Shown here: positions 1 through 11,299 of the stretch, one piece after another | How the letters are laid out: each line of letters starts with the position of its first letter | Numbering within the stretch: the first letter of the stretch is position 1 | Assembly: GCA_964012805.1 (NCBI GenBank) | Contig: CAXGUD010000011.1 | Span: 43,161-107,160, forward strand | Reading direction: 5' to 3' | Origin: an uncultured Bacteriovoracaceae bacterium | Lineage (GTDB): Bacteria > Bdellovibrionota > Bacteriovoracia > Bacteriovoracales > Bacteriovoracaceae | Length of the DNA: 64,000 nt | The notes under the pieces: generated by a model | Databases searched by the model: none | What the model saw: the letters and a program-made list of their open reading frames with translations, nothing else | What the model was told of the DNA's origin: nothing | Program-made: the position numbers and the translations under genes

Positions 1-756
1 ACTAAGTTGTGCATTTTTCACATCTTTTTTATGAACCTGAATCTTAGGTTGTGAAAAAAGCTCAAACTTTGGAAATTTTGACTTATTACCTTTTGGAAAC
101 GAAAAACTTTCTATTAATTTTGGTATAGACTTATAATTTTTTAAGTTTCCAGCGATTATAAGCATAGAGTTTGAAATGTTATAATGCTTTTTTCTAAAAT
201 TTGCTAATTGGCTTTTTGAAAAGTTTTTTATGGTTTTAGCACCTCCTAAAATAGGATGATTATAGCCGTTCCTAAAAAACTTTCTTTGGAGTTCATGAAA
301 TGCAAATTGTCCAGGGTTATCAAGAGACCTTCTAAACTCCTCAAAGACAACTCCTCTTTCAGGGATAATTTCCTTTTTATCAAACTTGGGGTTTGAAACC
401 ATATCTAGAAGTATTTCAGTGCCTTTTTTCAAGTATTTGTTTGGAACGTTAATATAGTAGCAGGTGTAATCAAATGAGGTGAAAGCATTTATCTCTCCGC
501 CTATAGATTCGATATCTTTTGCAATCTGTGATCCCGGCCTGTTTTCTGTTCCTTTAAAAAACATATGCTCCAGGAAGTGGGCTATTCCATAATCTTCTTT
601 TTTTTCTAGTGCGCTTCCAGCTCTAAACCAGAATTGTATTGATGCGGCGCTTGAGCCAGGCCAGTTTACGAAAAGAGTTTTTAGATTGTTATTGAGTTCT
701 TGAAGGTTATGGTGCATATTGTCTTTTTCCTGATCGTCTAAGGTTCCAGTTTTCAT
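1..756 (-). CDS. M16 family (pitrilysin-like) zinc peptidase, 5' part; runs off the window start
   Basis: Not in ORF track. Manual translation gives ...SIQFWFRAGSALEKKEDYGIAHFLEHMFFKGT...GGEINAFTSFDYTCYY, with the inverted zinc motif HxxEH. In-frame ATGs at 756 and 717. Confidence 0.9.
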   Translation of the reverse strand, partial: MKTGTLDDQEKDNMHHNLQELNNNLKTLFVNWPGSSAASIQFWFRAGSALEKKEDYGIAHFLEHMFFKGTENRPGSQIAKDIESIGGEINAFTSFDYTCYYINVPNKYLKKGTEILLDMVSNPKFDKKEIIPERGVVFEEFRRSLDNPGQFAFHELQRKFFRNGYNHPILGGAKTIKNFSKSQLANFRKKHYNISNSMLIIAGNLKNYKSIPKLIESFSFPKGNKSKFPKFELFSQPKIQVHKKDVKNAQLS

Positions 757-768
757 TGTCTGTTAATT

Positions 769-1974
769 GTGACGGTAAATTATATATTAGGATACTTTTT
801 TTATATTGATTGGAGAATTGATATTTTGGAAGACAAGAAAATAAAAATTGAAGACGAAGTGAAGTCCCTTTATATCCACTTTCCTTTTTGCAAGCATATT
901 TGTAATTATTGTGACTTTTATAAGAGGGTGCCTAGTGAGGCTTACAATGTTTCTTCTTTTCATAACTTATTTAATGAACAGGATGTAGTCCATGAAAGAA
1001 TTTTATCAACAAGAGGTTTAAAGCTTGGTGGGTTGGAGACTTTGTACATTGGGGGAGGAACTCCTTCTCTTTGGGGTGAGGAGGGCGCTCGTTTCCTAGA
1101 GTTATTTTTGCGGAAAAAGGGTTTAGAGCTAAATAATAAAGGAGAGTATACCCTTGAGGTTAATCCAGGTACATGGACTGATAAGGTAATTTCTCGCTGG
1201 TTAAAAGCTGGGATAAATAGGTTTTCTGTTGGGGTTCAATCTTTAGATGAACGCTTTTTACCAATACTTGATCGGGTTCATACACTTCATGAATCCTTTG
1301 AGTTACTTGATTATTTCAAAGGAGTAGAGCTCGATTACTCTGTAGATTTTATGTTAGGGCTTCCGAACTCTGAAAGTCTTCAACGGAATGTTTTAGAAGA
1401 ATTAGATAAAATATTATTTTATAAGCCATCCCATATAAGTCTATATATTTTGACAACGAAAGAAAGTTATATTCATCAAAAATCTTTGCCTAAAGATGAT
1501 TGGATAGCAGAGGAATATTTAAAAGTGTCTAACTTTTTAATTGAAAGAGGTTTTAATCATTATGAAGTCTCCAATTTCTCTCTTCCTGGGAAAGAGTCTA
1601 AGCATAATTTACGATATTGGAGCCTTGATTCTGTCGCTGCACTTGGGCCATCTGGAACAGGTTTTCTTAAAGGTAATAATGGAGGCTTTCGCTATAAATG
1701 GAATGTTCATGATAGTAGGGTAAAGGAGGAGGTCCTAAGCAAGAGAGAGTTTGAGCTGGAGAAGATCTATCTCAGTCTGAGAACTTTTCGAGGACTAAAT
1801 GTAAGCGATTTATTTGGCAAAGATAATGACCATGCCTTATATTCGTTGATTGATGAGTGGCGTTTGAAGGGCTACTTGAGTTCCCTTGAAAATGAGAGGG
1901 TGAGTCTTTCCCCTAAAGGCTTTTTATTGTTGGATTCTATAATGGATGATCTTTTTAGGGAAAAGATTGTATAG
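769..1974 (+). CDS. hemW: Radical SAM heme chaperone HemW (HemN-like)
   Basis: LYIHFPFCKHICNYCDF (CxxxCxxC), YIGGGTPS, HYEVSNF, SKHNLRYW; lies upstream of grpE. True start probably somewhat downstream of 769. Confidence 0.85.
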   Translation: MTVNYILGYFFYIDWRIDILEDKKIKIEDEVKSLYIHFPFCKHICNYCDFYKRVPSEAYNVSSFHNLFNEQDVVHERILSTRGLKLGGLETLYIGGGTPSLWGEEGARFLELFLRKKGLELNNKGEYTLEVNPGTWTDKVISRWLKAGINRFSVGVQSLDERFLPILDRVHTLHESFELLDYFKGVELDYSVDFMLGLPNSESLQRNVLEELDKILFYKPSHISLYILTTKESYIHQKSLPKDDWIAEEYLKVSNFLIERGFNHYEVSNFSLPGKESKHNLRYWSLDSVAALGPSGTGFLKGNNGGFRYKWNVHDSRVKEEVLSKREFELEKIYLSLRTFRGLNVSDLFGKDNDHALYSLIDEWRLKGYLSSLENERVSLSPKGFLLLDSIMDDLFREKIV

Positions 1975-2022
1975 TTATTTCAAATACTTATGCCCCTTTT
2001 GTACTTTTTTTTATCTATCATA

Positions 2023-2050
2023 TTGACACCTCTGAAACCACCTCCATCTT
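2023..2050 (+). promoter_or_regulatory. Candidate sigma32-like heat-shock promoter of grpE-dnaK-dnaJ
   Basis: TTGACA-N13-CTCCATCT resembles the RpoH consensus TTGAAA-N13/14-CCCCATNT. Confidence 0.35.
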
Positions 2051-2053
2051 AGA

Positions 2054-2725
2054 GTGAGATTAAAATTAACTTCATTTTTGAGGACAAAAATAATGACTGA
2101 GACTGTAGAAAGTAAGAAGGAAAAAACATCTGAACAAGCGGCGAATGCAAGTGCTTCTGATGATTTAAAGGAAACTGAAGAGAGTTGTGAGATGTCTGAT
2201 GATAATGTTGGGAGATCTGACGTTGAAAAAAACTCCGATGAAAACGGTGAAAGTAACGTTGAAGAGCTAAGGAAAGAATCTAAAGCTGAAAGTGAACAAG
2301 AAGACTTTAAAAAGAAGTTTTATTATCTTGCAGCTGAAATGGAAAATATGAAGAGAAGATCTTCTAAAGAAAAAGAAAACCTCATTAAGTTTGGTAATGA
2401 GAAAATTCTTTCATCTCTTTTGGATGTTGTTGATAACTTGGAAAGAACGGTACAAGCTATTGAATCTGAAGAAGATGAGAAAATTAAAAACATTGCTAGT
2501 GGTATAAAAATGGTTCATGGGCAATTCATAGATGTCCTGGAAAAGAATGGCTTAAACATAGTGGAAGCTGTTGGTAAACCATTTGATCCTAGATTCCATG
2601 AAGCCATGGCTCACCAGCCAATGGAAGGAAAGGAAGATGATGAAATTATATCAGAATATCAAAAGGGCTATGTTTTAAATGGCAGACTTTTGAGAGCTTC
2701 AAAGGTCATTGTAGTAAAGAATTAA
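2054..2725 (+). CDS. grpE: Nucleotide exchange factor GrpE
   Basis: AEMENMKRR, VVDNLER, FDPRFHEAM, QKGYVLNGRLLRAS; likely start ATG 2093. Confidence 0.95.
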   Translation: MRLKLTSFLRTKIMTETVESKKEKTSEQAANASASDDLKETEESCEMSDDNVGRSDVEKNSDENGESNVEELRKESKAESEQEDFKKKFYYLAAEMENMKRRSSKEKENLIKFGNEKILSSLLDVVDNLERTVQAIESEEDEKIKNIASGIKMVHGQFIDVLEKNGLNIVEAVGKPFDPRFHEAMAHQPMEGKEDDEIISEYQKGYVLNGRLLRASKVIVVKN

Positions 2726-2819
2726 AGAAATTGAGAATAATTAGTTAGTTATATAAATTGTAATTAGAAACCCAGGAATGAAAAAATCGCTTTTTTTGGG
2801 TTTTTGTAAGGAGAGAGAA

Positions 2820-4775
2820 ATGGGAAAGATTATAGGTATTGATTTGGGAACAACAAACTCTTGTGTTTCTGTTTTAGAAAATGGGAAGTATAAGATTATT
2901 CCAAACTCTGAGGGCCACAATACAACACCTTCAATCATCGGGTTTTCCAATGCTGGTGAGAGACTTGTTGGTCAAGTTGCGAAAAGACAAGCTGTTACAA
3001 ACCCTAAAAAAACTCTTTTTGGAATTAAAAGACTTATTGGTAGAAAAAATAATGCAGCTGAGGTTGAAACTTTTAGAAATGTTGCTCCTTTTGAAATATT
3101 TGCTAATAAAAACGGAGATGCTTGGGTTAAAGCTGACGGACAAGAGATTTCTCCACAAGAAATTTCGGCTGCTGTTCTTGAAAAAATGAAAGTCGCTGCT
3201 GAAGAATATCTTGGTGAGGATGTCACCGAAGCAGTTATTACTGTTCCAGCATATTTTAACGATGCTCAGAGACAGGCAACTAAGGATGCCGGTCGTATTG
3301 CCGGACTTGATGTAAAGAGAATTATTAATGAGCCTACAGCAGCAGCGCTTGCTTATGGACTTGATTCAAAACAAGATAAAAATATTGCCGTTTTTGATTT
3401 TGGTGGTGGTACTTTTGATATTTCTGTTTTGGAAATAACCTCTGAAGGTGTTTTTGAGGTTAAAGCAACAAATGGGAATACTTTCCTTGGTGGTGAAGAC
3501 TTCGATTATAGAATTATTGACTTCCTTGCAGAAGAATTTAAAAAAGAGAACGGTGTTGATTTGAAGCAAGATTCAATGGCCCTTCAAAGACTTAAAGAAG
3601 CTGCAGAAAAAGCCAAGCATGAGTTATCTAACGTTACTCAAACAGACATTAACCTTCCATTTATCACAGCTGATGCGACAGGTCCAAAACACTTAAATGT
3701 TAATCTATCAAGAGCTAAGTTTGAATCTCTTGTAGCTGACCTTTTAGATGGGCTTGCTGAACCTTGTAATACGGCTCTTCAAGACTCTGGCTTGTCTGCA
3801 AGTGAAATTCATGAAGTTGTTATGGTTGGTGGGTCGACTCGTGTTCCTGCTGTACAGGAAAGAGTTAAGCAAATCTTTGGAAAAGATCCTAATAAAGGAG
3901 TGAACCCTGATGAAGTTGTTGCAGCTGGAGCGGCTATTCAAGGTGGTGTTCTTGCAGGCGACGTTAAAGATGTTCTTCTTTTAGATGTAACACCTCTTTC
4001 TTTGGGAATTGAAACTCTTGGTGGTGTTTCAACTAAAATTATCGAAAAAAATACAACTGTACCTGTTAAGAAATCACAAGTTTTTTCAACAGCTCAGGAT
4101 AATCAACCAGCTGTTAGCATTCACGTTCTTCAAGGTGAAAGAGAATTTGCTAAAGACAACAAGACTTTAGGTAGGTTTGACTTAACTGGAATTGCACCAG
4201 CTCCAAGAGGTATTCCTCAGATTGAAGTTACTTTTGATATTGATGCGAACGGAATTGTTCACGTTTCTGCTGTTGATAAGGCAACTGGAAAGTCTCAGGA
4301 AATAAAAATTACAAGTGGTTCAGGTCTTACCGAGGAAGAAATTCAGCAAATGGTAAGAGATGCTGAGGAAAATAGAGACTCTGATCAAAAAAGAAGAGAG
4401 GTTGTTGATACTAGAAACCAACTTGATTCTATGATTGTGGCAGCTGAAAATATGTTAAAAGAAGGAAAAGATAAATTATCTGATGCCGCAAAAGGTGAAG
4501 TTGAAGGTGCTGTGACAGAAGCAAAGAAATACTTAGAAAGTGAAAGCATTGATGAGCTAAAAGCTGCTATTGAGAAACTTCAAGGTGTCACCCATAAAGT
4601 TGCTGGAGAAATGTATCAGCAAGATGGTGGACCTCAAGGGCCAGGGCCTCAGGGACCAGGAGCTCAAGGGGCAGGGCCTCAGGGGCCAGGAGCTCAAAAT
4701 TCTGGAGGACAAGACTCTGGAAAGTCCGATAAAAAAGATGATGATGTTGTCGATGCAGACTTTAAAGAGGTTTAA
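2820..4775 (+). CDS. dnaK: Chaperone DnaK (Hsp70)
   Basis: [45 protein letters not shown]-terminal DADFKEV; start set at MGK after the AAGGAG RBS. Confidence 0.98.
   Translation: MGKIIGIDLGTTNSCVSVLENGKYKIIPNSEGHNTTPSIIGFSNAGERLVGQVAKRQAVTNPKKTLFGIKRLIGRKNNAAEVETFRNVAPFEIFANKNGDAWVKADGQEISPQEISAAVLEKMKVAAEEYLGEDVTEAVITVPAYFNDAQRQATKDAGRIAGLDVKRIINEPTAAALAYGLDSKQDKNIAVFDFGGGTFDISVLEITSEGVFEVKATNGNTFLGGEDFDYRIIDFLAEEFKKENGVDLKQDSMALQRLKEAAEKAKHELSNVTQTDINLPFITADATGPKHLNVNLSRAKFESLVADLLDGLAEPCNTALQDSGLSASEIHEVVMVGGSTRVPAVQERVKQIFGKDPNKGVNPDEVVAAGAAIQGGVLAGDVKDVLLLDVTPLSLGIETLGGVSTKIIEKNTTVPVKKSQVFSTAQDNQPAVSIHVLQGEREFAKDNKTLGRFDLTGIAPAPRGIPQIEVTFDIDANGIVHVSAVDKATGKSQEIKITSGSGLTEEEIQQMVRDAEENRDSDQKRREVVDTRNQLDSMIVAAENMLKEGKDKLSDAAKGEVEGAVTEAKKYLESESIDELKAAIEKLQGVTHKVAGEMYQQDGGPQGPGPQGPGAQGAGPQGPGAQNSGGQDSGKSDKKDDDVVDADFKEV
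4629..4697 (+). repeat. Tandem 15/30-nt coding repeat in the DnaK tail ([23 protein letters not shown])
   Basis: ggacctcaagggccagggcctcagggacca / ggagctcaaggggcagggcctcaggggcca / ggagctcaa. Confidence 0.85.
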
Positions 4776-4814
4776 AAGGAAATAATTTATTAACTTTTTT
4801 CTTATTTATACTAG

Positions 4815-4849
4815 AAAAGCGGCCTATATTTAGTGTAGGCCGTTTTTTT
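4815..4849 (+). terminator. Intrinsic terminator between dnaK and dnaJ
   Basis: AAAAGCGGCCTATA-loop-TGTAGGCCG followed by T7. Confidence 0.8.
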
Positions 4850-4869
4850 ATTTTGTAAGGTGCAGAAAT

Positions 4870-5985
4870 ATGAGCAAAAGAGATTACTACGACGTTTTGG
4901 GTGTTGGGAAAAGTTCTGATAAGGACGAGATCAAAAAAGCCTATAGAAAAATGGCCATGAAATATCACCCAGACAGAAACCCAGATAACCAAGAGGCAGA
5001 AGCCAAGTTTAAAGAGGCATCTGAGGCTGCTGAGGTTTTGTTGGATGAGCAAAAGAGATCTAGATATGATCAATTTGGTCATGCTGGAGTAGATGGGCAG
5101 ACAGGTAGTGGCTTTAGCGATTTTTCTGACCTTGGGGACATCTTTGGAGATATTTTTGGAGACTTTTTCGGCGGCGGGAGCAGACGGGGAAGATCTGGGA
5201 GAAGCCGAGGGCGTCCTGGCGAAGATATGCAGATGACTTTGAATGTTTCTTTCACTGAAGCTGCTTTTGGTGTTGAAAAGAAAATTTCTATAAATAGGTT
5301 TGTTTCTTGTGATGCTTGTCATGGGACTGGTGGAAGGAATGGCTCTCAACCAACTACATGTGATATGTGTGGTGGTGCGGGAGAAATTCGAAGGCAACAA
5401 GGCTTTTTTACTGTTGCAACAACATGTCCGAAGTGCCAAGGAAGTGGAACGATGATTTCTGACCCATGTCATAAATGTCGTGGTGAAGGCCGAGTACGTG
5501 GAAAGTCTGACTTAGCTATAAAGGTTCCTGCAGGTATTGATAGTGGACAGCGCTTGAAGCTCTCTGGAGAGGGGGGAAGCGGTTCTTTAGGAGGTCCATC
5601 TGGAGACCTATATGTTTTAGTTGAGATTGATGAGCATGAGTTTTTTGACAGAGAAGGCTTTGATGTTAGGTGCACTGTGCCAGTAAGCTTCTCGCAGGCG
5701 GCACTTGGAGCAGAATTGGAGGTTCCTACTTTAACAGGAAGAGTCTCCTTAAAAATACCTCCTGGAACACAGTCTGGAAAAAAAATGAGGCTTAAGTCTA
5801 AAGGGATTCAAAAGTTGGGTGGATATGGATATGGCGATCAAATCATAGGAATTCACGTTGAAACTCCGACGAAATTGACCTCTGAGCAAAGGGAAATTTT
5901 TGAGTCTTTAGGACGGCTTGATAATAAGTCTTCACACCCTATGGCAAAGGGCTTTTTTGAAAAAGTTAAAAACCTTTTTCAGTAA
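4870..5985 (+). CDS. dnaJ: Chaperone DnaJ
   Basis: J domain with HPD, G/F region, four CxxCxGxG zinc-finger motifs. Confidence 0.98.
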   Translation: MSKRDYYDVLGVGKSSDKDEIKKAYRKMAMKYHPDRNPDNQEAEAKFKEASEAAEVLLDEQKRSRYDQFGHAGVDGQTGSGFSDFSDLGDIFGDIFGDFFGGGSRRGRSGRSRGRPGEDMQMTLNVSFTEAAFGVEKKISINRFVSCDACHGTGGRNGSQPTTCDMCGGAGEIRRQQGFFTVATTCPKCQGSGTMISDPCHKCRGEGRVRGKSDLAIKVPAGIDSGQRLKLSGEGGSGSLGGPSGDLYVLVEIDEHEFFDREGFDVRCTVPVSFSQAALGAELEVPTLTGRVSLKIPPGTQSGKKMRLKSKGIQKLGGYGYGDQIIGIHVETPTKLTSEQREIFESLGRLDNKSSHPMAKGFFEKVKNLFQ

Positions 5986-6073
5986 TTGAGTATATAAAGA
6001 ACTTTTTACTTAATGACACAGTCTCTGTAAAATAGCGGTCAAGAGTTTCGTTTGTCTTTACTTAGGAAGATTT

Positions 6074-8104
6074 ATGTATCGTAATTTTGTAAACCTTTGT
6101 ATTACAGTTTTTATACTTGTTAAGGTTTTAGGATGCTCGGGAATTAGTACACTTGCTGACAAGGGGATAAAGAAAAGCCTTTATTCAAAGGGCTTCCTTG
6201 CTTTAATAGAAACAGCTAAAAGTAACTATCAAAATGGGAGTTTTGATAAGGCCCTCTCAATTTTGAAAGGTATGAAAGATCAAGACCTTCTTCCATCTGA
6301 AAGGTCAATGAGGAGAAACCTTCAGGGAGTGGTCCTTTTTTCTAAAGGCAATTACGAACAGGCCGTTTACAATTTTGAACTCGCTTTAGTTACTTCACGC
6401 CTGGATGGTTATTTAGATGCCCAAATTTATCTTAATTTAGCAAGTACTTACTTTAAAATGGGTCTTTACGAAAAGGGATTTTCGTCGATAAAAATGGTAA
6501 GATATGAGACTTTTAATAAAAGAGAGTTAAAAAATTATCAAAATCTTCATTACAAGCTAGCTAAAGAGGTTGGTGACGAGAAAGAAGCCCTTTTCTCTTT
6601 AACTAGTTTTTTAGATGAGAAAAAATCTGTCAGAGACCTTACATCCAATCCCCATTTTGAATATTTGAAAAAGATCTTCTTTAATTTAAGTAGAACTGAA
6701 AGAGTCCGTTTTTTAGAACGTTTTGCTGAAAAGAAAAATTTCTCTGTTGGATACTTGGCTTATCTCCAGGTTGAGAAGTTATTTTACCAAGGAAATTTAG
6801 ATGAAGCTAAGGACTTAACTTCTTGGTTGAAAAGAAAATTTGAAGAAAATGTAGAGCTTGTCGAGTTAGTGCAGTCTTTCACTAATAAAATTGATAATAA
6901 TGATGGTGAGATCGACCCTTACTCTGTGGGAATTGTTCTTCCTTTGAGTGGGGCTAAAGCCATTTTTGGGAATAGAGCATTAGAGGGCGTAGATAGTGGT
7001 TTTAGAGATTTTCTAAAAAGAAATGGAAGTAGTGAAAAACCTTTAAAAATATTTGTTGAAGACTCGAAAGGAAGTGGTGTCGTCGGCTCATTTCGTGTCG
7101 AGAAGTTGGCTAAAAAGAATAAAGTTTCAGTAATTATTGGAGGTCTTTTTTCCGATGAAGCCGAAAAAGAGTATTTAGCAGCTAAAAAAAGAGGAATCTT
7201 TTTTATCTCTTTGTCACAGGTTTATCTACCAAAGGAACAAAAGGATCACCTTTTATTAGAAATACCTGGATCTGTTGAATCGCAAGTAAACAAGTTATTT
7301 GCTGAAGATATGATCAAAAAGTTTGGATCTAAAGTTGCTATTATTTATCCTGAAAGCACAAGAGGCAAAGCTTATATCGATGAGTTTTGGAGAAGGTCTC
7401 AATTAAAAGGTGTGAACGTCAATGGAATAGCTTCATTTCAAAAGGGCTTAAGTGATTATAGAGACCCTGTAATGAACTTACTGGGCCTTAAGTTCAAGAG
7501 GGAAAGGCAAGAAGAGCTTGAAATACTTTCAGAAATTCACTCTCTTGAAAGAAATACCTCTGCTAGGAGAATCCAAACTCTTAAGCCTCAGATAGATTTT
7601 GATTGGGTTTTTGTGCCCGCTTTACCAAGGGAAGCCCTTCAGATTGTTCCAGCTTTTAATTATTATGATGCTTTTAGATTAAATATTATCGGAGGCCCTA
7701 GTTGGAGAAGTCACTCTTTGGCTAAAGAGGCTTCTGACATAGGGAAATTGTTTTTTATTGGCGAAGATGTTCAGCCAGTTGCACACGACTTCAGTCAACG
7801 TTTTTTAGATAGATACAGAAGAAAGCCTAAACTTGTTGAAATGCGAAGTTATGACGCCTTTAAGATTCTAGAGGCGTTACTTAATTCAAACTTTTCCAAT
7901 AGAAATCAGCTGGAGTCTTTGATAAGAGAAAAAGCCTTCTTAAGCGGTTTAACAGGTAACTGGAGTTTAAGAGAAGGTGTTTGGTTCAAGGAGATGATTA
8001 CTCTTCGTTTGAAGAAAGGCAAGGTTGAAAGGGTTCCAATCTTAGAGAGTCAAGGAGGGGAAACTCCCCTTTCTGCAAATAATAAGGAACCCCGAGGGGT
8101 TTAA
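6074..8104 (+). CDS. LpoA/LppC-like lipoprotein (TPR plus type-I periplasmic-binding fold)
   Basis: Lipobox VLGC, N-terminal TPR-like helices, VGIVLPLSG, IDFDWVFVP. Confidence 0.7.
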   Translation: MYRNFVNLCITVFILVKVLGCSGISTLADKGIKKSLYSKGFLALIETAKSNYQNGSFDKALSILKGMKDQDLLPSERSMRRNLQGVVLFSKGNYEQAVYNFELALVTSRLDGYLDAQIYLNLASTYFKMGLYEKGFSSIKMVRYETFNKRELKNYQNLHYKLAKEVGDEKEALFSLTSFLDEKKSVRDLTSNPHFEYLKKIFFNLSRTERVRFLERFAEKKNFSVGYLAYLQVEKLFYQGNLDEAKDLTSWLKRKFEENVELVELVQSFTNKIDNNDGEIDPYSVGIVLPLSGAKAIFGNRALEGVDSGFRDFLKRNGSSEKPLKIFVEDSKGSGVVGSFRVEKLAKKNKVSVIIGGLFSDEAEKEYLAAKKRGIFFISLSQVYLPKEQKDHLLLEIPGSVESQVNKLFAEDMIKKFGSKVAIIYPESTRGKAYIDEFWRRSQLKGVNVNGIASFQKGLSDYRDPVMNLLGLKFKRERQEELEILSEIHSLERNTSARRIQTLKPQIDFDWVFVPALPREALQIVPAFNYYDAFRLNIIGGPSWRSHSLAKEASDIGKLFFIGEDVQPVAHDFSQRFLDRYRRKPKLVEMRSYDAFKILEALLNSNFSNRNQLESLIREKAFLSGLTGNWSLREGVWFKEMITLRLKKGKVERVPILESQGGETPLSANNKEPRGV

Positions 8105-8105
8105 G

Positions 8106-8216
8106 CTAAACTTTTGCCTTTGCTTTTTCAACTCTGTTTTTAAGGCGTAGTTTAAGCTTTAGTTGTGATTTTTTCCTATTCATTTTTGAAACTGTTCTTT
8201 TTCTTCCTTTTCCCAT
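8106..8216 (-). CDS. Small basic protein, 36 aa (MGKGRKRTVSKMNRKKSQLKLKLRLKNRVEKAKAKV)
   Basis: Manual translation; AAGGAG RBS 5 nt before ATG; stop lies right next to the stop of the convergent lpoA-like gene; below the ORF-track length cutoff. Confidence 0.75.
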   Translation of the reverse strand: MGKGRKRTVSKMNRKKSQLKLKLRLKNRVEKAKAKV

Positions 8217-8500
8217 GGGGACTCCTTATGATGTGTTGCGAAAAAAGCTTTGCTGAAATGATATTAGGGGATCTTAGTTTTTTTGGCAAGCTAAAAGCTT
8301 AGCCATTTTTTTCTCAATGCGTTGTCGGAAGGTTTTTTATCTAAGACTTTTGTTTATAAGATGACTAAAGAAATTAGACTTTTGTAGGTCTTTACATTTA
8401 GAATGTTATGAAGCTTTTATTTTTGAGTAGTTGATTCGATCATATAAAAAAGTGGAGTAATTACTCAATTTAAAAGTTAAACGGAGTTTTTAAAGATTAA

Positions 8501-9568
<1,068 letters not shown>

Positions 9569-9603
9569 TTCTTATTTCTGACCTAGGTTAAGGAGGACCT
9601 GAA

Positions 9604-10482
9604 ATGGTGGATAAGGTCAATGATGACTTTTCTGAGGGCCAGTTCATAAAGATCAAAGAGGCGGAGGTTAAAAAAAAGTTCTCCGAAGTGGCAATCCAAA
9701 AAGGTCATGTTAAAGCATGGGAAAGTGGTAAAGAAAAAGCACTAGATTGTGTCCTAGATTCTTTAGAGGATGCAGAAAAAGAAGAGTCTATAAAAATTAC
9801 TCTAAAAATGAAAGAAGAAGCCAGTGTTAAAGACCTTAGAGGTAAGGAATTATTTATTTATTTTTCTATAAAGAAATCTAAGTTTTTTTCCAAAGGGCGT
9901 GTAGAGAGTATTGAAAATGATACCAACCTCAAACTTGCTTTAGATGGTGATTTATATAAGTTAGATCAAAGAAGATCAAAGAGGATTACAACTTTTCCAA
10001 GTCATCGAGTCTACTCTTACATAAAAATACAAGAAGGTAGTGGAGCAGAGGTCATTCATCTCAATAGACCTAAGGACCATCTCCATAATTTTTTTAAAAA
10101 TTTCCAAAAGCAGGTATTGCATAGTCAGTTTAATAGTTCAAATCCGCTAGAAAAAGACTTTATGGATGATTATATTGGTTTCAGAGTTCTTGACTTAAGT
10201 AATGATGGGCTTTCCTTCTTACTTAATCATATAGAGGCTGATTATCTTAAAAAACTTAAAAAATCTTTTAAGATGATTCTAAATTTCAATGGAAAAGAGG
10301 ACGTGATTGAAGATTGCTCTGTCAGTTATTTAATACCTTATGTAAACTCTAGTCTTGGAAGCTTGTCCCTTTTTAAGGTAGGTTTAAGCTTTAAAAAAAT
10401 TGAGGGGCTTATAGAAAGGCCAAAAGAAGAGGATCAAGAAACTGGTGCCGATTTAGAACGCTTTGCAAGTTTTATGAAATGA
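9604..10482 (+). CDS. PilZ-domain protein (putative c-di-GMP receptor)
   Basis: QRRSKR (RxxxR) and DLSNDG (DxSxxG) motifs; AAGGAGG RBS. Confidence 0.6.
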   Translation: MVDKVNDDFSEGQFIKIKEAEVKKKFSEVAIQKGHVKAWESGKEKALDCVLDSLEDAEKEESIKITLKMKEEASVKDLRGKELFIYFSIKKSKFFSKGRVESIENDTNLKLALDGDLYKLDQRRSKRITTFPSHRVYSYIKIQEGSGAEVIHLNRPKDHLHNFFKNFQKQVLHSQFNSSNPLEKDFMDDYIGFRVLDLSNDGLSFLLNHIEADYLKKLKKSFKMILNFNGKEDVIEDCSVSYLIPYVNSSLGSLSLFKVGLSFKKIEGLIERPKEEDQETGADLERFASFMK

Positions 10483-11273
10483 AATTAACAAAAAAAGAGA
10501 GTCGCATTCTTTTTTTCTTGAATGGTTTTTTGAAACTAGTTCTTATTCCTTTAACATTATCCTGCTCATTCAATTCTAATTTAAAATTAAAAAAGCCAAA
10601 GTCAAAAAAAGAAAAATTTACATTTTCAGATACAACAGGAAAATTTTCGGTTCTTCGAAGATCTGGTTTAAGTTCCTCTAAAGAGTTCGTTACAAAAGAA
10701 GAGCTGTTTCCGTATAACAAATGGGAAGAGCCAGTTCTAGAAAAGGGAATAATGATTTCATCATATTCTAAGTATAATGAGAAAATTCCAGTTATGATTC
10801 CTAAAGTATCTCAAAGAGTTTTTTGGTTTGATAAAAAAAAATATTTTACTGAATCAAAACTTTATATGGATAGAAAGGAAGCAAGATTTAGGTGGAGAAG
10901 TCCATCAGATAAAAATTTGAATAAGAAGATAGTTAAGCTTGATAGTGAAAGAAAGTTATATTGTTTTTTTGGTCAGCTAACTGATTGCATAAAAAAAACA
11001 GGCTTTTTTAAAAAATCAAAAGCTAAAAAAAGTGGCGTGGTTTATCTTTCCATTATTTTTGATGGCTATCCATTTTTTAATGAACAGTTTGGCATACTAA
11101 AAAGTAGTCCAATTTTAGAGTCGGATTTCTCTTTCGAAAAAGAAATGGAGAATGGGAATGTGCGCTATTCACTCTCTTTTTTGGATCAAAAAATAACCTA
11201 TTTTGTTGATGGTGAAGGGAATTTAATAGACAAGTTTTGGATATCTCAGGGATTATCTTTAAAGAAGATTTAA
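10479..11273 (+). CDS. Hypothetical basic lipoprotein
   Basis: Hydrophobic stretch ending LTLSC; ATGA overlap with the upstream gene. Confidence 0.55.
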   Translation: MKLTKKESRILFFLNGFLKLVLIPLTLSCSFNSNLKLKKPKSKKEKFTFSDTTGKFSVLRRSGLSSSKEFVTKEELFPYNKWEEPVLEKGIMISSYSKYNEKIPVMIPKVSQRVFWFDKKKYFTESKLYMDRKEARFRWRSPSDKNLNKKIVKLDSERKLYCFFGQLTDCIKKTGFFKKSKAKKSGVVYLSIIFDGYPFFNEQFGILKSSPILESDFSFEKEMENGNVRYSLSFLDQKITYFVDGEGNLIDKFWISQGLSLKKI

Positions 11274-11299
11274 AAATTGAAAAAGGAAGATGAAAAAGA

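Noticed and set aside
4762..5472. 236-aa minus-strand ORF
   Set aside because: Antisense shadow of dnaJ with no recognisable motifs.
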